A stretch of 64,000 nt of DNA, taken from the NCBI GenBank assembly GCA_964603625.1, contig CAZRVM010000001.1, forward strand, positions 1,949 through 65,948. Direction: 5' to 3'. The stretch comes from an uncultured Candidatus Saccharibacteria bacterium. Its GTDB lineage: Bacteria > Patescibacteriota > Saccharimonadia > Saccharimonadales > JAGQNJ01. Positions 50,412 to 61,294 of the stretch are shown piece after piece. The translations under genes and the position numbers were made by a program. Position 1 is the first letter of the stretch. Every line of letters starts with the position of its first letter. The notes under the pieces are model-generated. The model made no database searches and was not told the origin of the DNA. It saw only the letters and a list, made by a program, of their open reading frames with translations.

Positions 50412-51752
50412 TTATTGTCTTAAGTAGTCATTTAAAGTATGTTTTACATCTTTAACCGTATGATGAAAGCTATCTTCACTTTTTCCCGCACCAATACTTG
50501 CTTTAAAGCCTAGTTTTTTAGCTTCATTTATTCGTTTGTCTATAAAAGGCACATGTCTAACTTCACCCGCTAAACCTACTTCACCAAATACCACAGCATC
50601 TTGGGATAATTTCAACCCTTTAGTTGCAGACCCAATCGCCATACATATAGCTAAATCAGCGGCTGGTTCGGCAATTTTAATACCTCCAACAATGTTAATA
50701 AATATATCTTTATCACTTAAATTTAACTTAGTCCTTTTTTCTAATACCGCGACCAATAAATTTAATCTATTAAGTTCAATTCCACTAGCTGTTCTTTTAG
50801 GATAGCCAAAATTAGTTTTATTAACCAAAGCTTGAACTTCAACTAATACCGGCCTGGACCCTTCAATTGTTGCTAAAACAATAGATCCATCGGTTGCCTG
50901 CCTTTCTGCAAGTAGTGCTTTTGAAGGGTTATCTACTGGCTCCAACCCAATATCTTTCATTGTAAAAAGAGCCGACTCATTGGTTGATCCGTAACGATTT
51001 TTTATACTTCTAAGTAGTTTAAAACCACCATATCTATCACCCTCAAGCTGAAAAACAGCATCAACAATGTGCTCTAATACTTTTGGTCCGGCAATAGAAC
51101 CTTCTTTATTAACATGGCCAACAATAATAATACTAGTGTCAGTTTGTTTGGCAAAAGACATCAAAAGATTTGTACTGCTACTTATTTGATTAATACTACC
51201 GGCGTTGGAGGAAATTCCCTCAACCTGTAAAGTCTGAATGGAGTCAACAATCACCAAATCATATTTTGATTTTAATATTGTTGCCACTATCTCATCTGTA
51301 ATATTACTAGTTGCAAGTTCAATATTTTCACTAGTAACTCCAAGTCGTTTTGCTCGCATTCCAATTTGAAAGGCTGATTCTTCTCCACTTATATATAATA
51401 TTTTTTTATTAGATTGTGCCAACTTATTTGCAATTTGCATAAGGAGAGTGCTTTTACCAATACCGGGCTCGCCTGCAAACAACATAACTGCACCTTTAAC
51501 AATTCCACCACCTAAAACTCTGTCTACTTCACCATAATTTACTTTAGACCTGCTATGATCTTGCGATGAAACTTTAATTAACGGACTAGGATTAAGTGCT
51601 TTTGATTTTACAGAATGTTTTGAGTCAGAAACATTAACTTTAACTGTCTCTTCTAAGGTATTCCAAAGCCCACAACTATAACATTTTCCGGCCCAAACAG
51701 AAGATTGGGCCCCACAATTATTGCAAATATAGTATTTCCCATTTTTAGACAT
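50412..51752 (-). CDS. radA: DNA repair protein RadA/Sms
   Basis: C4 Zn finger CNNC..CYSC, GEPGIGKS, KNRYG motif, Lon-like C-terminus. Confidence 0.96.
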   Translation of the reverse strand: MSKNGKYYICNNCGAQSSVWAGKCYSCGLWNTLEETVKVNVSDSKHSVKSKALNPSPLIKVSSQDHSRSKVNYGEVDRVLGGGIVKGAVMLFAGEPGIGKSTLLMQIANKLAQSNKKILYISGEESAFQIGMRAKRLGVTSENIELATSNITDEIVATILKSKYDLVIVDSIQTLQVEGISSNAGSINQISSSTNLLMSFAKQTDTSIIIVGHVNKEGSIAGPKVLEHIVDAVFQLEGDRYGGFKLLRSIKNRYGSTNESALFTMKDIGLEPVDNPSKALLAERQATDGSIVLATIEGSRPVLVEVQALVNKTNFGYPKRTASGIELNRLNLLVAVLEKRTKLNLSDKDIFINIVGGIKIAEPAADLAICMAIGSATKGLKLSQDAVVFGEVGLAGEVRHVPFIDKRINEAKKLGFKASIGAGKSEDSFHHTVKDVKHTLNDYLRQ

Positions 51753-51936
51753 ATTTATAGTTTAACAAAAATTTATAAGACTTTTGACTTTTAACTTCCT
51801 ATTAGTAAACAGTTTCATAAAATAAAACTTATAATTTCTTTTTTAGCAAAATATAATAAAGGTGCTATTGAGAAAAAAATATAATTTTTACCACTGTAAA
51901 GGTTTTTGATATTTGATAAAAAATCGATAAAACTAT

Positions 51937-52896
51937 TTAAAAACTTTGCGGTCGACTATCTATTGATTGAGCCAAATCTTTTACTTCAACGCTCACTTTA
52001 TTGCGCTCTGTAACAATTTCATTATATTGATTTATCTGCGAATCTACTTGCTTAACCAATTCGTTATACTGATTAACTTTAAAATTAAAACTCGGAACAC
52101 CCTGATTGTACTGTGCAATTTGATTTTTCGAAAGAAGCATATCCAAACCCGATTTTTCAGACATTAAATCTTTATATTTATTTGCTAAGTCTGATTTACT
52201 ACTATCAATTGTGGCTTTCAATTCATCTAATTGCTTATCGTAATCTGCAACTTTTTGTTGACGAGAACTAAATTCTGCCTGATAACGATCTGAAAATGCC
52301 ACAATTGCACTTCTATTTTTAAAATACTTCTTATAATACTCCTCGAGTTTTGGGGGCAAGTTGGATGCCTCAGTAGCCAGTATTGAATGAAGTTCATTAG
52401 GTACTACGCTAGGGTCTTGCTTACGATATTCCTCAACATTTTCCTTAATGTGAACTTTAGCAACATTCTTGTAAGCTTGTTCTGTTAAAGCATCAATTTC
52501 AGTTCTTTGTTTTTCTGACAGCCTAAAATAAGCGGCATGAAGCATTTCATGAGCTGCGGTAACTTCTTTAATGCCATCTAGCCTCTGGTCTGTAACATTA
52601 TAAATAAAAATTCCAGCGTCTGGTGTGTAGCATCCTAAAACTATTGAACTTTCATGGCCACATTCACTATTAATAGTACCAGCAGGAGCAATATATGGAT
52701 GGTTTACATAAAATATTCTTCTTCCATATTCCGTCATTGTTGTTTGATTCGCTAAAGTAACAACTTCAGCTGGTGGCGAGTAATTACGCAGATAATACCA
52801 ATCAACAACTTCTTGGCGTCCAAGCCACAGAAACACTATACCTGCTATAAGTGAAAGAGATAAAATTATCCCTAGCAGTTTTTTTATATATTTCAT
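51937..52896 (-). CDS. Membrane-anchored zincin-like metallopeptidase with C-terminal coiled coil
   Basis: N-terminal TM, VTAAHEMLHAAY (HExxH), NELHS, heptad-rich tail. Confidence 0.6.
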   Translation of the reverse strand: MKYIKKLLGIILSLSLIAGIVFLWLGRQEVVDWYYLRNYSPPAEVVTLANQTTMTEYGRRIFYVNHPYIAPAGTINSECGHESSIVLGCYTPDAGIFIYNVTDQRLDGIKEVTAAHEMLHAAYFRLSEKQRTEIDALTEQAYKNVAKVHIKENVEEYRKQDPSVVPNELHSILATEASNLPPKLEEYYKKYFKNRSAIVAFSDRYQAEFSSRQQKVADYDKQLDELKATIDSSKSDLANKYKDLMSEKSGLDMLLSKNQIAQYNQGVPSFNFKVNQYNELVKQVDSQINQYNEIVTERNKVSVEVKDLAQSIDSRPQSF

Positions 52897-52932
52897 ATCT
52901 ATTTAATTATAAGCTAAACCAGCTTAAAAGTA

Positions 52933-55410
52933 CTACTCTTCAATAATTGAATATGACAATTTTTTATTTTTAATACTAACTTCAACAATTGTACCTTTTT
53001 GGTATGTGCCTTCTATTAATTTACTTGCAATATGATCTTCTAGAGTGTCTTGAATTAAGCGCCTCATTGGCCTTACACCATTTAAGACATCATAACCTTT
53101 ATCAAGCAAATAATTTTTAGCTTGAGGAGTCAATTTAATACTTATGCCTTGTTTATTTAACCTTGTTTTAAGCTCCATTATCTGAAGATCAAGTATTTTA
53201 AGAATATTTAGTTTGGTTAAAGCCTTAAATACAATTGTTTTATCAATCCTATTGAAAAATTCAGGGCGCAACATTTTCTTTAATTGTTCTAGCACTTTAT
53301 CTTTATTAGATTTATGGAGATTCTCAAGATTTTCAAAATCTAGCTTATCATCTGCGCCAAATCCAAGTGTTACTTCTTTTTGTAGTTTTTCGGCACCAAT
53401 ATTACTTGTCATTATTACAATTGTATTTGTAAAATCAATTTTTCTTCCCTTTGCATCCGTAAGAATCCCATCTTCCAGAATTTGAAGCATCATATTGAAA
53501 ACATCTGGGTGAGCTTTTTCTATTTCATCAAATAAAACCACACTATATGGTTGTCTGCGAATTTTATCTGTTAACTGCCCCCCATCATCATAGCCGACAT
53601 AACCAGCAGGCGATCCAACAAGTCTAGATACATTATGATGTTCGCCAAATTCGCTCATATCTATTTTCACCAAGGCCTGGTCTGATCCAAAAAATTCTCT
53701 TGCTAAAACTCTAGCTAATTCTGTTTTACCAACACCAGTTGGGCCCAAGAAAATAAATGAACCAATTGGTCTTTTGCCGCTACTAATTCCAGAACGACTC
53801 CTTCTAACAGCTTTAGAAACTACCTTAACGGCCTGATCTTGACCAATAATAAATTTACTAAGATTTTTCTCTAAATTAAGTAAATATTTAGCTTCAGACC
53901 TAATGACACGCTTTACCGGCACACCTGTAGATCGAGAAACAATTTCGGCAACATCATCGCTGGTCATTACAATTTCTTTAGTTACCTTTACTTTTTTTTG
54001 AACTTTTTTTATCTCGGCATTAATTTGACTTGCTCGTTGCTTATGTTTGGCTGCAGACTCATAATCTTCATTATCTACGGCATCTTCTATTTTAGCATTA
54101 ATCAATTTAAGCTCTTTTCTAAGCATTCTTAATTCTGGCGGTGTTCGGCCTTTATCTATTTTTAAATGAGCCGATGTTTCATCAAGCAAATCTATTGCTT
54201 TATCTGGCATAAATCTATCGTTAATGTATCTATCTGCTAAATTTACGATATCTTCAATTACTTCATCAGATACAGTCACGCCATGAAAAGCTTCAAAATG
54301 CTTTCTTAAACCTTTCAAAATAGCAACAGTTTCAGTAATTGTTGTTTCAGGTACTTGAATTGGCTGAAAGCGTCTTTCAAGTGCGCTATCTTTTTCTATG
54401 TACTTTGTATACTCGGTAGTAGTGGTGGCACCAATTACTTGAATTTTTCCTCTTGATAGGGCTGGTTTCAAAATGTTTCCAGCATCTAAAGCCCCTTCAG
54501 CAGCGCCTGCCCCAACAATTAAATGAAGCTCATCAATAAAAATAATTGTATTTTTATCGTTTTCTAATTCTTGCATTACTTTTTTTAATCGTTCTTCAAA
54601 TTCTCCCCGATATTTTGTACCGGCAATCATCCCAGTTAAATCCAACATAACTACTCGTTTATCAACTAAACTATCTGGTACATCTTCACTAATTATTCGT
54701 TGTGCCAAGCCTTCGACGATTGCGGTTTTGCCAACTCCCGGCTCACCAATTAGTACCGGGTTATTCTTGGTACGCCTATTTAAAACTGTAATCACTCGAT
54801 TAATTTGTGATTCTCGTCCTACCACAGGGTCTAATTTGCCAGCTCTTGCTTGAGCAGTTAAATCAGTTCCAAAAAAATCTAAGGCCGATTTACGACGCTG
54901 TTTTGTTCTTATCCTTCCTTGCCCGTCTGGAGACTGCTCTTCATATTGTTGTCTATTTAAAAATTGTTCTATGCCAGTAATTAAACCCGTAACATTAACA
55001 TTCATATCTCTAAGCAAAACGGTTGCTCGGGCATTTTTTTGGCTCAAAATGCTGTAAAGTATATGCTCCGTACCACACATATCTTGGTTGTAGTCTTGAG
55101 CAACATCATAGGCCATTTTCAGTGTTAATTTTGCGGTCTCGCTCAACCCTTTAGCACCCATACTGGTTATTGTAGTCTTGGGCGATAACTTTAAAGCCAT
55201 ACTCGCTTTATTAAGGGTAATACCAGCGTCATTCAAGATTTTTGCTCCTATTGAACTATCTTGAGCTAAAACTCCTAGTAACAAGTGCTCTGTGCCTACA
55301 TACGAACTACCAGAAGCCCTCGAGATACCATCGGCATGTTGTAAACTTCTTAAAGCGTTCTCTGTTAGGTGGTTTAAAAATTCTTGAAATTCAGCAGAGT
55401 TTGGTGGCAT
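52933..55410 (-). CDS. clpC: ATP-dependent Clp protease ATPase subunit ClpC
   Basis: Clp N repeats (GTEHLL), two AAA+ modules ([16 protein letters not shown]), short UVR linker (EDYESAA), [15 protein letters not shown]. Confidence 0.93.
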   Translation of the reverse strand: MPPNSAEFQEFLNHLTENALRSLQHADGISRASGSSYVGTEHLLLGVLAQDSSIGAKILNDAGITLNKASMALKLSPKTTITSMGAKGLSETAKLTLKMAYDVAQDYNQDMCGTEHILYSILSQKNARATVLLRDMNVNVTGLITGIEQFLNRQQYEEQSPDGQGRIRTKQRRKSALDFFGTDLTAQARAGKLDPVVGRESQINRVITVLNRRTKNNPVLIGEPGVGKTAIVEGLAQRIISEDVPDSLVDKRVVMLDLTGMIAGTKYRGEFEERLKKVMQELENDKNTIIFIDELHLIVGAGAAEGALDAGNILKPALSRGKIQVIGATTTTEYTKYIEKDSALERRFQPIQVPETTITETVAILKGLRKHFEAFHGVTVSDEVIEDIVNLADRYINDRFMPDKAIDLLDETSAHLKIDKGRTPPELRMLRKELKLINAKIEDAVDNEDYESAAKHKQRASQINAEIKKVQKKVKVTKEIVMTSDDVAEIVSRSTGVPVKRVIRSEAKYLLNLEKNLSKFIIGQDQAVKVVSKAVRRSRSGISSGKRPIGSFIFLGPTGVGKTELARVLAREFFGSDQALVKIDMSEFGEHHNVSRLVGSPAGYVGYDDGGQLTDKIRRQPYSVVLFDEIEKAHPDVFNMMLQILEDGILTDAKGRKIDFTNTIVIMTSNIGAEKLQKEVTLGFGADDKLDFENLENLHKSNKDKVLEQLKKMLRPEFFNRIDKTIVFKALTKLNILKILDLQIMELKTRLNKQGISIKLTPQAKNYLLDKGYDVLNGVRPMRRLIQDTLEDHIASKLIEGTYQKGTIVEVSIKNKKLSYSIIEE

Positions 55411-55508
55411 AATCCCTCCTTTTAGTTTTATCGTAGTTTAATTGGATATTTCTTATCGATTTATTCATAATTTTTGCGAACTTAATCGCTAATTCCAGTA
55501 TATTAAAA

Positions 55509-55535
55509 TTAGCACTCATATGTCAAGAGTGCTAA
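55509..55535. promoter_or_regulatory. CIRCE (HrcA operator) overlapping clpC -35
   Basis: Perfect TTAGCACTC-N9-GAGTGCTAA; minus-strand TTGACA-N18-TATACT embedded. Confidence 0.92.
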
Positions 55536-55556
55536 TTTATTATCTTGAAACTTTTT

Positions 55557-56729
55557 CTATTCGCCGTGTTCTTCAATAGCTTCTAGTAAACTACTCTCAA
55601 GCTCACTTTTTTTCTTTATTGGTGTTGCAATTTTTGGTTCAGAACTTTGTTCTTTTGGCTCTTTTGTACTCTCATCAGATATGGGCTTAGATTTATCACC
55701 GATAATATCTATTTCATATTCGGTTAACTTACTAGCTAACCTAACATTCTGACCAGATTTACCAATAGCAATACTCAACTGATCTTCTGGTACATGTACA
55801 ATTGCCTTTTTAGATTTTTCATCTATTTCAACTTTAGAAACTGTTGTGGGGCTTAAAGCATTAATAACAAATTCTTTTGAGTTTGCGCTCCAAACTATGA
55901 TATCTATCTTCTCTTGCTCACCTATTTCACTCATCACTGCATTAACTCGAATGCCATGCCCTCCAACAAAGGTACCCACTGGGTCAACACCCTGAACATT
56001 GCTAACAACAGCAATTTTACTCCTAACTCCAGCTTCTCTAGCGATTGATTTTATGGCAACCGCACCATTTTCCATTTCTGGTACCTCAGCTCTAAATAGC
56101 CATTCAATAAATTGTGTACTTCCTCTAGATAATACTAACTGTGGCCCTCTTGGACCTTTTTCGACATCCTTTAAAAATACCTTCAGGCGTTGACCTGAAT
56201 AATAATGTTCTCCCTGAATTTGTTCGCTTGCAGGCAATATTCCTTGCACTTTGCCTAAATCAACCCTAACTACATTTCCGTCTACTCTAGCAACAATTCC
56301 GTTAAGGATTGTGTTAATTTTATCTTGATACTCATCTACTATAATTTCGCGCTCGGCTTCTCGTAATTTCTGAAGGATTACCTGCTTTGCAGTTTGTGCA
56401 GCCACTCGCCCAAAACTAGAAACATCCTGATGCAAAACTAAAACTTCGCCAATTTCAGCATTTTTCTTAATTACTTGAGCGTCCGACAGACTGATTTGTG
56501 TTTGAGGATCTTCAACAGGCTCACTAACAGTTTTCGAAATATAGGCATCAACATCACCAGTATGCAAATTTACACTAACACTTACTTCTTGCTCTCTATC
56601 GCCATAATCTTTTTTATAGGCAGCTGCTAAGGCCTGCTCAACTATATCTTGAACAGTTTCTTCGGGTAAATTTTTTTCTTCAGCTATAGCTCTTAATGCT
56701 ACTGTTAGTTGTTTAATATCTAAATCCAT
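55557..56729 (-). CDS. nusA: Transcription termination/antitermination factor NusA
   Basis: FGRVAAQTAKQVI, EVPE, AREAGVRSKIAV, GEQEKIDI, AIGKSGQNVRLAS; start set at MDLD after SD AAGGA. Confidence 0.96.
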   Translation of the reverse strand: MDLDIKQLTVALRAIAEEKNLPEETVQDIVEQALAAAYKKDYGDREQEVSVSVNLHTGDVDAYISKTVSEPVEDPQTQISLSDAQVIKKNAEIGEVLVLHQDVSSFGRVAAQTAKQVILQKLREAEREIIVDEYQDKINTILNGIVARVDGNVVRVDLGKVQGILPASEQIQGEHYYSGQRLKVFLKDVEKGPRGPQLVLSRGSTQFIEWLFRAEVPEMENGAVAIKSIAREAGVRSKIAVVSNVQGVDPVGTFVGGHGIRVNAVMSEIGEQEKIDIIVWSANSKEFVINALSPTTVSKVEIDEKSKKAIVHVPEDQLSIAIGKSGQNVRLASKLTEYEIDIIGDKSKPISDESTKEPKEQSSEPKIATPIKKKSELESSLLEAIEEHGE

Positions 56730-56765
56730 TAATTTCCTTTCTTTTTTAGTAAAGTCATTACTAGT

Positions 56766-56790
56766 AAAAAAATCGACCATTCCGGCCGAC
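56766..56790 (-). terminator. Leader terminator (attenuator) upstream of nusA
   Basis: GTCGGCC-GGAAT-GGTCGAT-TTTTTT on minus strand, downstream of TGnTATAAT (56809-56817). Confidence 0.6.
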
Positions 56791-56865
56791 CTTATCTCTA
56801 ACAATCAAATTATATCACAAATTCTTAACAATCAAAAAAATTTAAATTTGCTTTCTTTAAAAAAA

Positions 56866-58557
56866 CTAATCTTGGCAAGAATACGAACCATCACTTAGTT
56901 TAGCTCTCATAGCAAATAAGTGGGTTTGTTCATTAGCCACAAATTCACCGTTAGAACAAGAAACTTTAATTTTATATTGAACTTCGCCATCTTTAGGAGT
57001 CTCATCTGTAATTATAAGTTGCTGATAATAAAAATCATTGGAGCCAGATTGAACAGATTGCTCCAAAATTTCATTCACTGCTTCGGCATTTGGAGGTATA
57101 GCACCATTGTTATCATTGGAAAATTCATAGATAGAAGCCATATATGAAGAAATTGCGTTTTTAATCATAGTATCTTTGGCGGATGTAGGCTGACTATTAG
57201 CACTAGTAATACCATTACCAAATAACGATTCTATTTCCGATTTCAAATCTTTAATATTCATAGAATCAGCCGGAGCTTCAATTTTAAGGCTTTTATCATT
57301 AATTTTAATTGTGCTAACAAATTCCATAGTAATAGTCTCTTCACTTGTAGTAACTTTAAGCTTGGTTGGTAAACGAGTTTTGCTACCTACCCAAAGTTCA
57401 ACAACTGGTTTGATTTCATCGGCTTCCTTGTCTGCATTATTTTTGAGGTCCTCAAGCTGTTTATCATATTTTTCATCTTTAAGTTCACAATCAGATTTGA
57501 GAGTTTTATAAGATTCTAGCTCTAACATTGACTTCATGAATGTAATTGACTTTTGCTCATTAAAATCAAGTTTGTAATGATAACTAGACTCATTTTCAAT
57601 CTTTTCTTTTGGTAGTTTTTCTACAGCAAATGCAAACTGATTTTCTAAAAATAACTTCTTTATTTGTTTTTGATCTTTTTTAGATATTCGTAAATTTTTT
57701 AAAGCGTTGGAGCATTTATCTACTTCTTCTTCAGAATTAGCAAAACCAAGATCCACCAAACTCTGTTTATCAATTTTTATCCATTTATTATCGATTTTAT
57801 CTACTAGCGGTTTATAGACATCCACAACTGATGCGAGATCTGTGCTATTTTTAGATACTTGATCAACCGTCTGGCGAAGATCAGCGAATTTCACATAAAT
57901 CTCATCAGAACCAAGCATAATTACTGCGCCCTTAACTGTTACATCCACATTTTCATATTTTAAGTTTAAGCTAGCTTCTTGTTGAAAGTTGTTATCTGCA
58001 GTTTTAGAACTGAATTCAATTGTTGCATTGCCTTTCTTGGAGCCTTTAAATTCATATTTAACAGAACCTATTGCAGAAGAAGGTTTTCTATCTAGTAAGT
58101 CTTTCAAGGAGTTTCCTAGTGCGTCAGCCAATACTTTTTCGGGTTTGTTATTCATAATCGTGTAATAAGCATAGCCACCACCTCCACCAAGTATCAGCAA
58201 AAACACTAAAGCAATAATAATAATTTTTAAAAATCGTTTCTTTTTTTGTTTAGATTCAGAATCTACAATACTAGAAGCTGCCTGGCCTGGTGGGCTAAAC
58301 TGAAACGGCTGTTTAGTTGTGTTAGCCGGAGTGCTCTGGCTCTCAACAATAACATTTGGCTGATTAGAAACACTAACATTATCTTCAGGTCTTAACATTT
58401 GAGGATTACTTGCGGTTGGGGTATTTGATAATTGGCTAGGCGCAGGCTCAACTGGTTGAGCTTGAGATTCTAATGGGATAGGATTGTTTATACTTGAATT
58501 AGCTAACTCGTTGTTTACATCTTGCTTTTTTTCTGGATTGAATTGATTGTTTTCCAT
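56866..58557 (-). CDS. Large membrane-anchored surface protein with C-terminal pilin-like segment
   Basis: P/Q/N-rich N-terminus, KKKR + TM, large ectodomain, C-terminal AKDTMIKNAIS...DNNGAIP and terminal Cys pair. Confidence 0.6.
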   Translation of the reverse strand: MENNQFNPEKKQDVNNELANSSINNPIPLESQAQPVEPAPSQLSNTPTASNPQMLRPEDNVSVSNQPNVIVESQSTPANTTKQPFQFSPPGQAASSIVDSESKQKKKRFLKIIIIALVFLLILGGGGGYAYYTIMNNKPEKVLADALGNSLKDLLDRKPSSAIGSVKYEFKGSKKGNATIEFSSKTADNNFQQEASLNLKYENVDVTVKGAVIMLGSDEIYVKFADLRQTVDQVSKNSTDLASVVDVYKPLVDKIDNKWIKIDKQSLVDLGFANSEEEVDKCSNALKNLRISKKDQKQIKKLFLENQFAFAVEKLPKEKIENESSYHYKLDFNEQKSITFMKSMLELESYKTLKSDCELKDEKYDKQLEDLKNNADKEADEIKPVVELWVGSKTRLPTKLKVTTSEETITMEFVSTIKINDKSLKIEAPADSMNIKDLKSEIESLFGNGITSANSQPTSAKDTMIKNAISSYMASIYEFSNDNNGAIPPNAEAVNEILEQSVQSGSNDFYYQQLIITDETPKDGEVQYKIKVSCSNGEFVANEQTHLFAMRAKLSDGSYSCQD

Positions 58558-58717
58558 ATTTCAATTTCTTTTTTTTAATTATGTTAGTGATTATATTTAT
58601 TATGTTTATTAAAGTCAAAACAAATTGGTAGTCTCGTATACGAAATGAATGGTAGTTTCATTTTAAGCAAATTCTATTTTAATTATAAAACTAAATAATA
58701 TCTGTTATTCTATATAA

Positions 58718-61294
58718 GTGAGCAAAAAAACCAAGCACTTATATTCTCAGTTTCAACCTACTAACTACCAACTCAATCTTGCTATTGATAAAGATACACT
58801 GTCTTTTAAAGGCAAAGTTTTAATTGCCGGGCAAAAAGTTGGCAGACCAGCTCAGCGCATTAGCCTACATCAACGCGATTTAAAAATTACATCCGCTAAA
58901 TTGGTTAGAGTAGAAAAAACATCAAAAATACCAATATCAATTAGTAAAACTTACAGTCATAAAGCTTATGACGAACTACGAATTCACTCTAACCAAATTC
59001 TTAAATCTGGCGATTATGAAATTGAAATTGAATTTAACGGCAAGATTACTGAGCATATGCTTGGTATTTACCCATCATATTTCACTCACAAAGATAAAAA
59101 GGAAGTTATTATTGCTACCCAATTTGAAAGTCATTATGCAAGAGAAGCTTTTCCATGCATTGACGAACCTATTGCCAAAGCTACTTTTGACCTAACACTT
59201 ACAACCAAACAAGGTGATGAAGTTATTGCAAATACTCCAACAAAATCTCAATCTAATAAAAATGGCCTTGTTACCACCGTATTTGAAACAACTCCTAAAA
59301 TGTCTACTTACTTGCTTGCTTTTGTGACTGGGCCTCTGCATTCTGTAGAACGAAAAACTAAAACTGGCACAATTGTTAGAAGCTGGTCTGCAATCTCAAG
59401 ACCTAAAAGCCAACTAAAGTATTCTGTATATGAAGCTGTGAAAATCCTAGAATTCTTTACAGATTATTTTGGCGTAGATTATCCACTTACAAAGTGTGAC
59501 CAAGTTGCTTTGCCAGATTTTGATGCTGGGGCTATGGAAAATTGGGGTTTAATTACCTATCGTGAAGTAGCCCTACTTAGCGACCCAGACAATCCATCAA
59601 TTTCAAGTGATCAATACATATCATTAGTGATTGCCCATGAGCTTTCACATCAATGGTTTGGAAATCTCGTTACCATGAAATGGTGGGACGATTTATGGCT
59701 AAATGAGAGTTTTGCAAGTCTTATGGAGCATGTCGCTTTGGATGCAATTCATCCAAATTGGTTCCAGTGGGAATGCTATACTGCAACCGATGTGCTAACT
59801 ACAACTTCTAGAGATATTTTTCAAGACATACAACCCGTAGGAGTCAAAGTAAAAGATCCAGTGCTTATTGATACACTCTTTGATCCAGGAATTGTGTACG
59901 CTAAGGGTGGCCGTTTACTAAAAATGCTCCACGACTACATTGGCGATAGAGCCTTCAGGCATGGGCTTCAAATCTATTTTAAAAAGCATGCTTATAGTAA
60001 TACTAGCCGAAATGACCTTTGGTTAGCAATGACCGAAGCTAGTGGAAAAGATATCTCTTCTTTAATGACGCCCTGGATAGAAAAACCAGGCATGCCACTA
60101 ATTAGCATTAACCAAAACAAAAAACAGTTAATTTGTGTACAGCAAAGATTCTTACTAGATGGCAAAAATCATAAATCTAATTGGCCAATTCCATTGCTTG
60201 CAAACCAAAAACTTTCAAAAGATATTCTTACCAAACACCGTGCCGGCTTTAGTTTAGTTAGTGAAGAGCTAATAATAATTAATCTATTTGGGAGTGGCCA
60301 TTATTTTACTCACTACGAAGACTTAGATCACAAGAAATTCCTTGCTAAACAAATCACAGACCGCTCGGTGCCTACCGAAACTCGCATTAATCTTTTAAAC
60401 GACAGCTATATGCTAGCCAGAGGTGCCAAAAGCTCATTAGTGGATTCGCTAGAACTAATTGCAAATTGTTCAACTGAAGATCGCGATAATGTTTGGACTT
60501 TAATCTGCCGAATAATTGCTTCTGCTAGTCTATTGACTGAAGGTAATAAGCAAACCGAAAAAGCTATTAATTCTTTTAAAATTAAATTAGCGAAATATTG
60601 GTATGATCAATACGGCTGGACACACAAGCAAAATGATGATCCAAATACCAAACAGCTTCGCCATACCGCAATTGCCCTGATGATTGGTGGTGAAGACAAG
60701 ACAGCTATTAACCAAGCAATTAAAATTTATAAACAAGCCAAAAACTTAGATGAAATAGACGCTGAAATGAGAGCTAGTATTTTAAGTGCGGTCATCAGAC
60801 ACAACAATTCAAAAAGTGATATTAATAAATTTATTAAACTCTACCCTAATGTTTCTTCAGACATACAATCAGATTTAACCTCTGCACTTTCTAAAGTTAA
60901 AAATGAAGAAACCGCTCAATTTATTCTTAATTTGGCTTTGGGCGAATCTGGTTTTGTACGATCTCAAGATGTAATTCGGTGGCTCAATATGTTCTTACAT
61001 AACAAAAATACCAAAGAAGTTACCTGGAACTTCATAACTGAACAATGGGATTGGTTAGAGAGTATTTTCTCTAAAAGTAAAAGTTTTGACTACATTCCAA
61101 CGATTACAGCAAGCGTAATGAATACAAAAGTTCTACAAAATAAATATATTAAATTTTTTGAACCCAAGCTATCAGATAAAACACTTTCTCAAAATATAAA
61201 TATTGGTTTTTCAAATATCTCGGCATTACTAAAATGGCGTAAGCGTGATGAAGAAAAGATTATTAATTTCTTTAAATCTCAGCCAAAAAATTAG
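58718..61294 (+). CDS. pepN: M1 family aminopeptidase (PepN-like, ERAP1_C domain)
   Basis: TQFE..AREAFPCIDEP, GAMENWG, HELSHQWFGNLVT..WLNESFA, YAKGG; GTG start. Confidence 0.93.
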   Translation: MSKKTKHLYSQFQPTNYQLNLAIDKDTLSFKGKVLIAGQKVGRPAQRISLHQRDLKITSAKLVRVEKTSKIPISISKTYSHKAYDELRIHSNQILKSGDYEIEIEFNGKITEHMLGIYPSYFTHKDKKEVIIATQFESHYAREAFPCIDEPIAKATFDLTLTTKQGDEVIANTPTKSQSNKNGLVTTVFETTPKMSTYLLAFVTGPLHSVERKTKTGTIVRSWSAISRPKSQLKYSVYEAVKILEFFTDYFGVDYPLTKCDQVALPDFDAGAMENWGLITYREVALLSDPDNPSISSDQYISLVIAHELSHQWFGNLVTMKWWDDLWLNESFASLMEHVALDAIHPNWFQWECYTATDVLTTTSRDIFQDIQPVGVKVKDPVLIDTLFDPGIVYAKGGRLLKMLHDYIGDRAFRHGLQIYFKKHAYSNTSRNDLWLAMTEASGKDISSLMTPWIEKPGMPLISINQNKKQLICVQQRFLLDGKNHKSNWPIPLLANQKLSKDILTKHRAGFSLVSEELIIINLFGSGHYFTHYEDLDHKKFLAKQITDRSVPTETRINLLNDSYMLARGAKSSLVDSLELIANCSTEDRDNVWTLICRIIASASLLTEGNKQTEKAINSFKIKLAKYWYDQYGWTHKQNDDPNTKQLRHTAIALMIGGEDKTAINQAIKIYKQAKNLDEIDAEMRASILSAVIRHNNSKSDINKFIKLYPNVSSDIQSDLTSALSKVKNEETAQFILNLALGESGFVRSQDVIRWLNMFLHNKNTKEVTWNFITEQWDWLESIFSKSKSFDYIPTITASVMNTKVLQNKYIKFFEPKLSDKTLSQNINIGFSNISALLKWRKRDEEKIINFFKSQPKN

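Noticed and set aside
10552-56804. Longer N-termini given by the ORF track for rpoA, rpsD, rpsH, rplC and nusA
   Set aside because: Downstream ATGs have SD motifs and match family N-termini; the extensions overlap neighbouring genes or leader RNAs.
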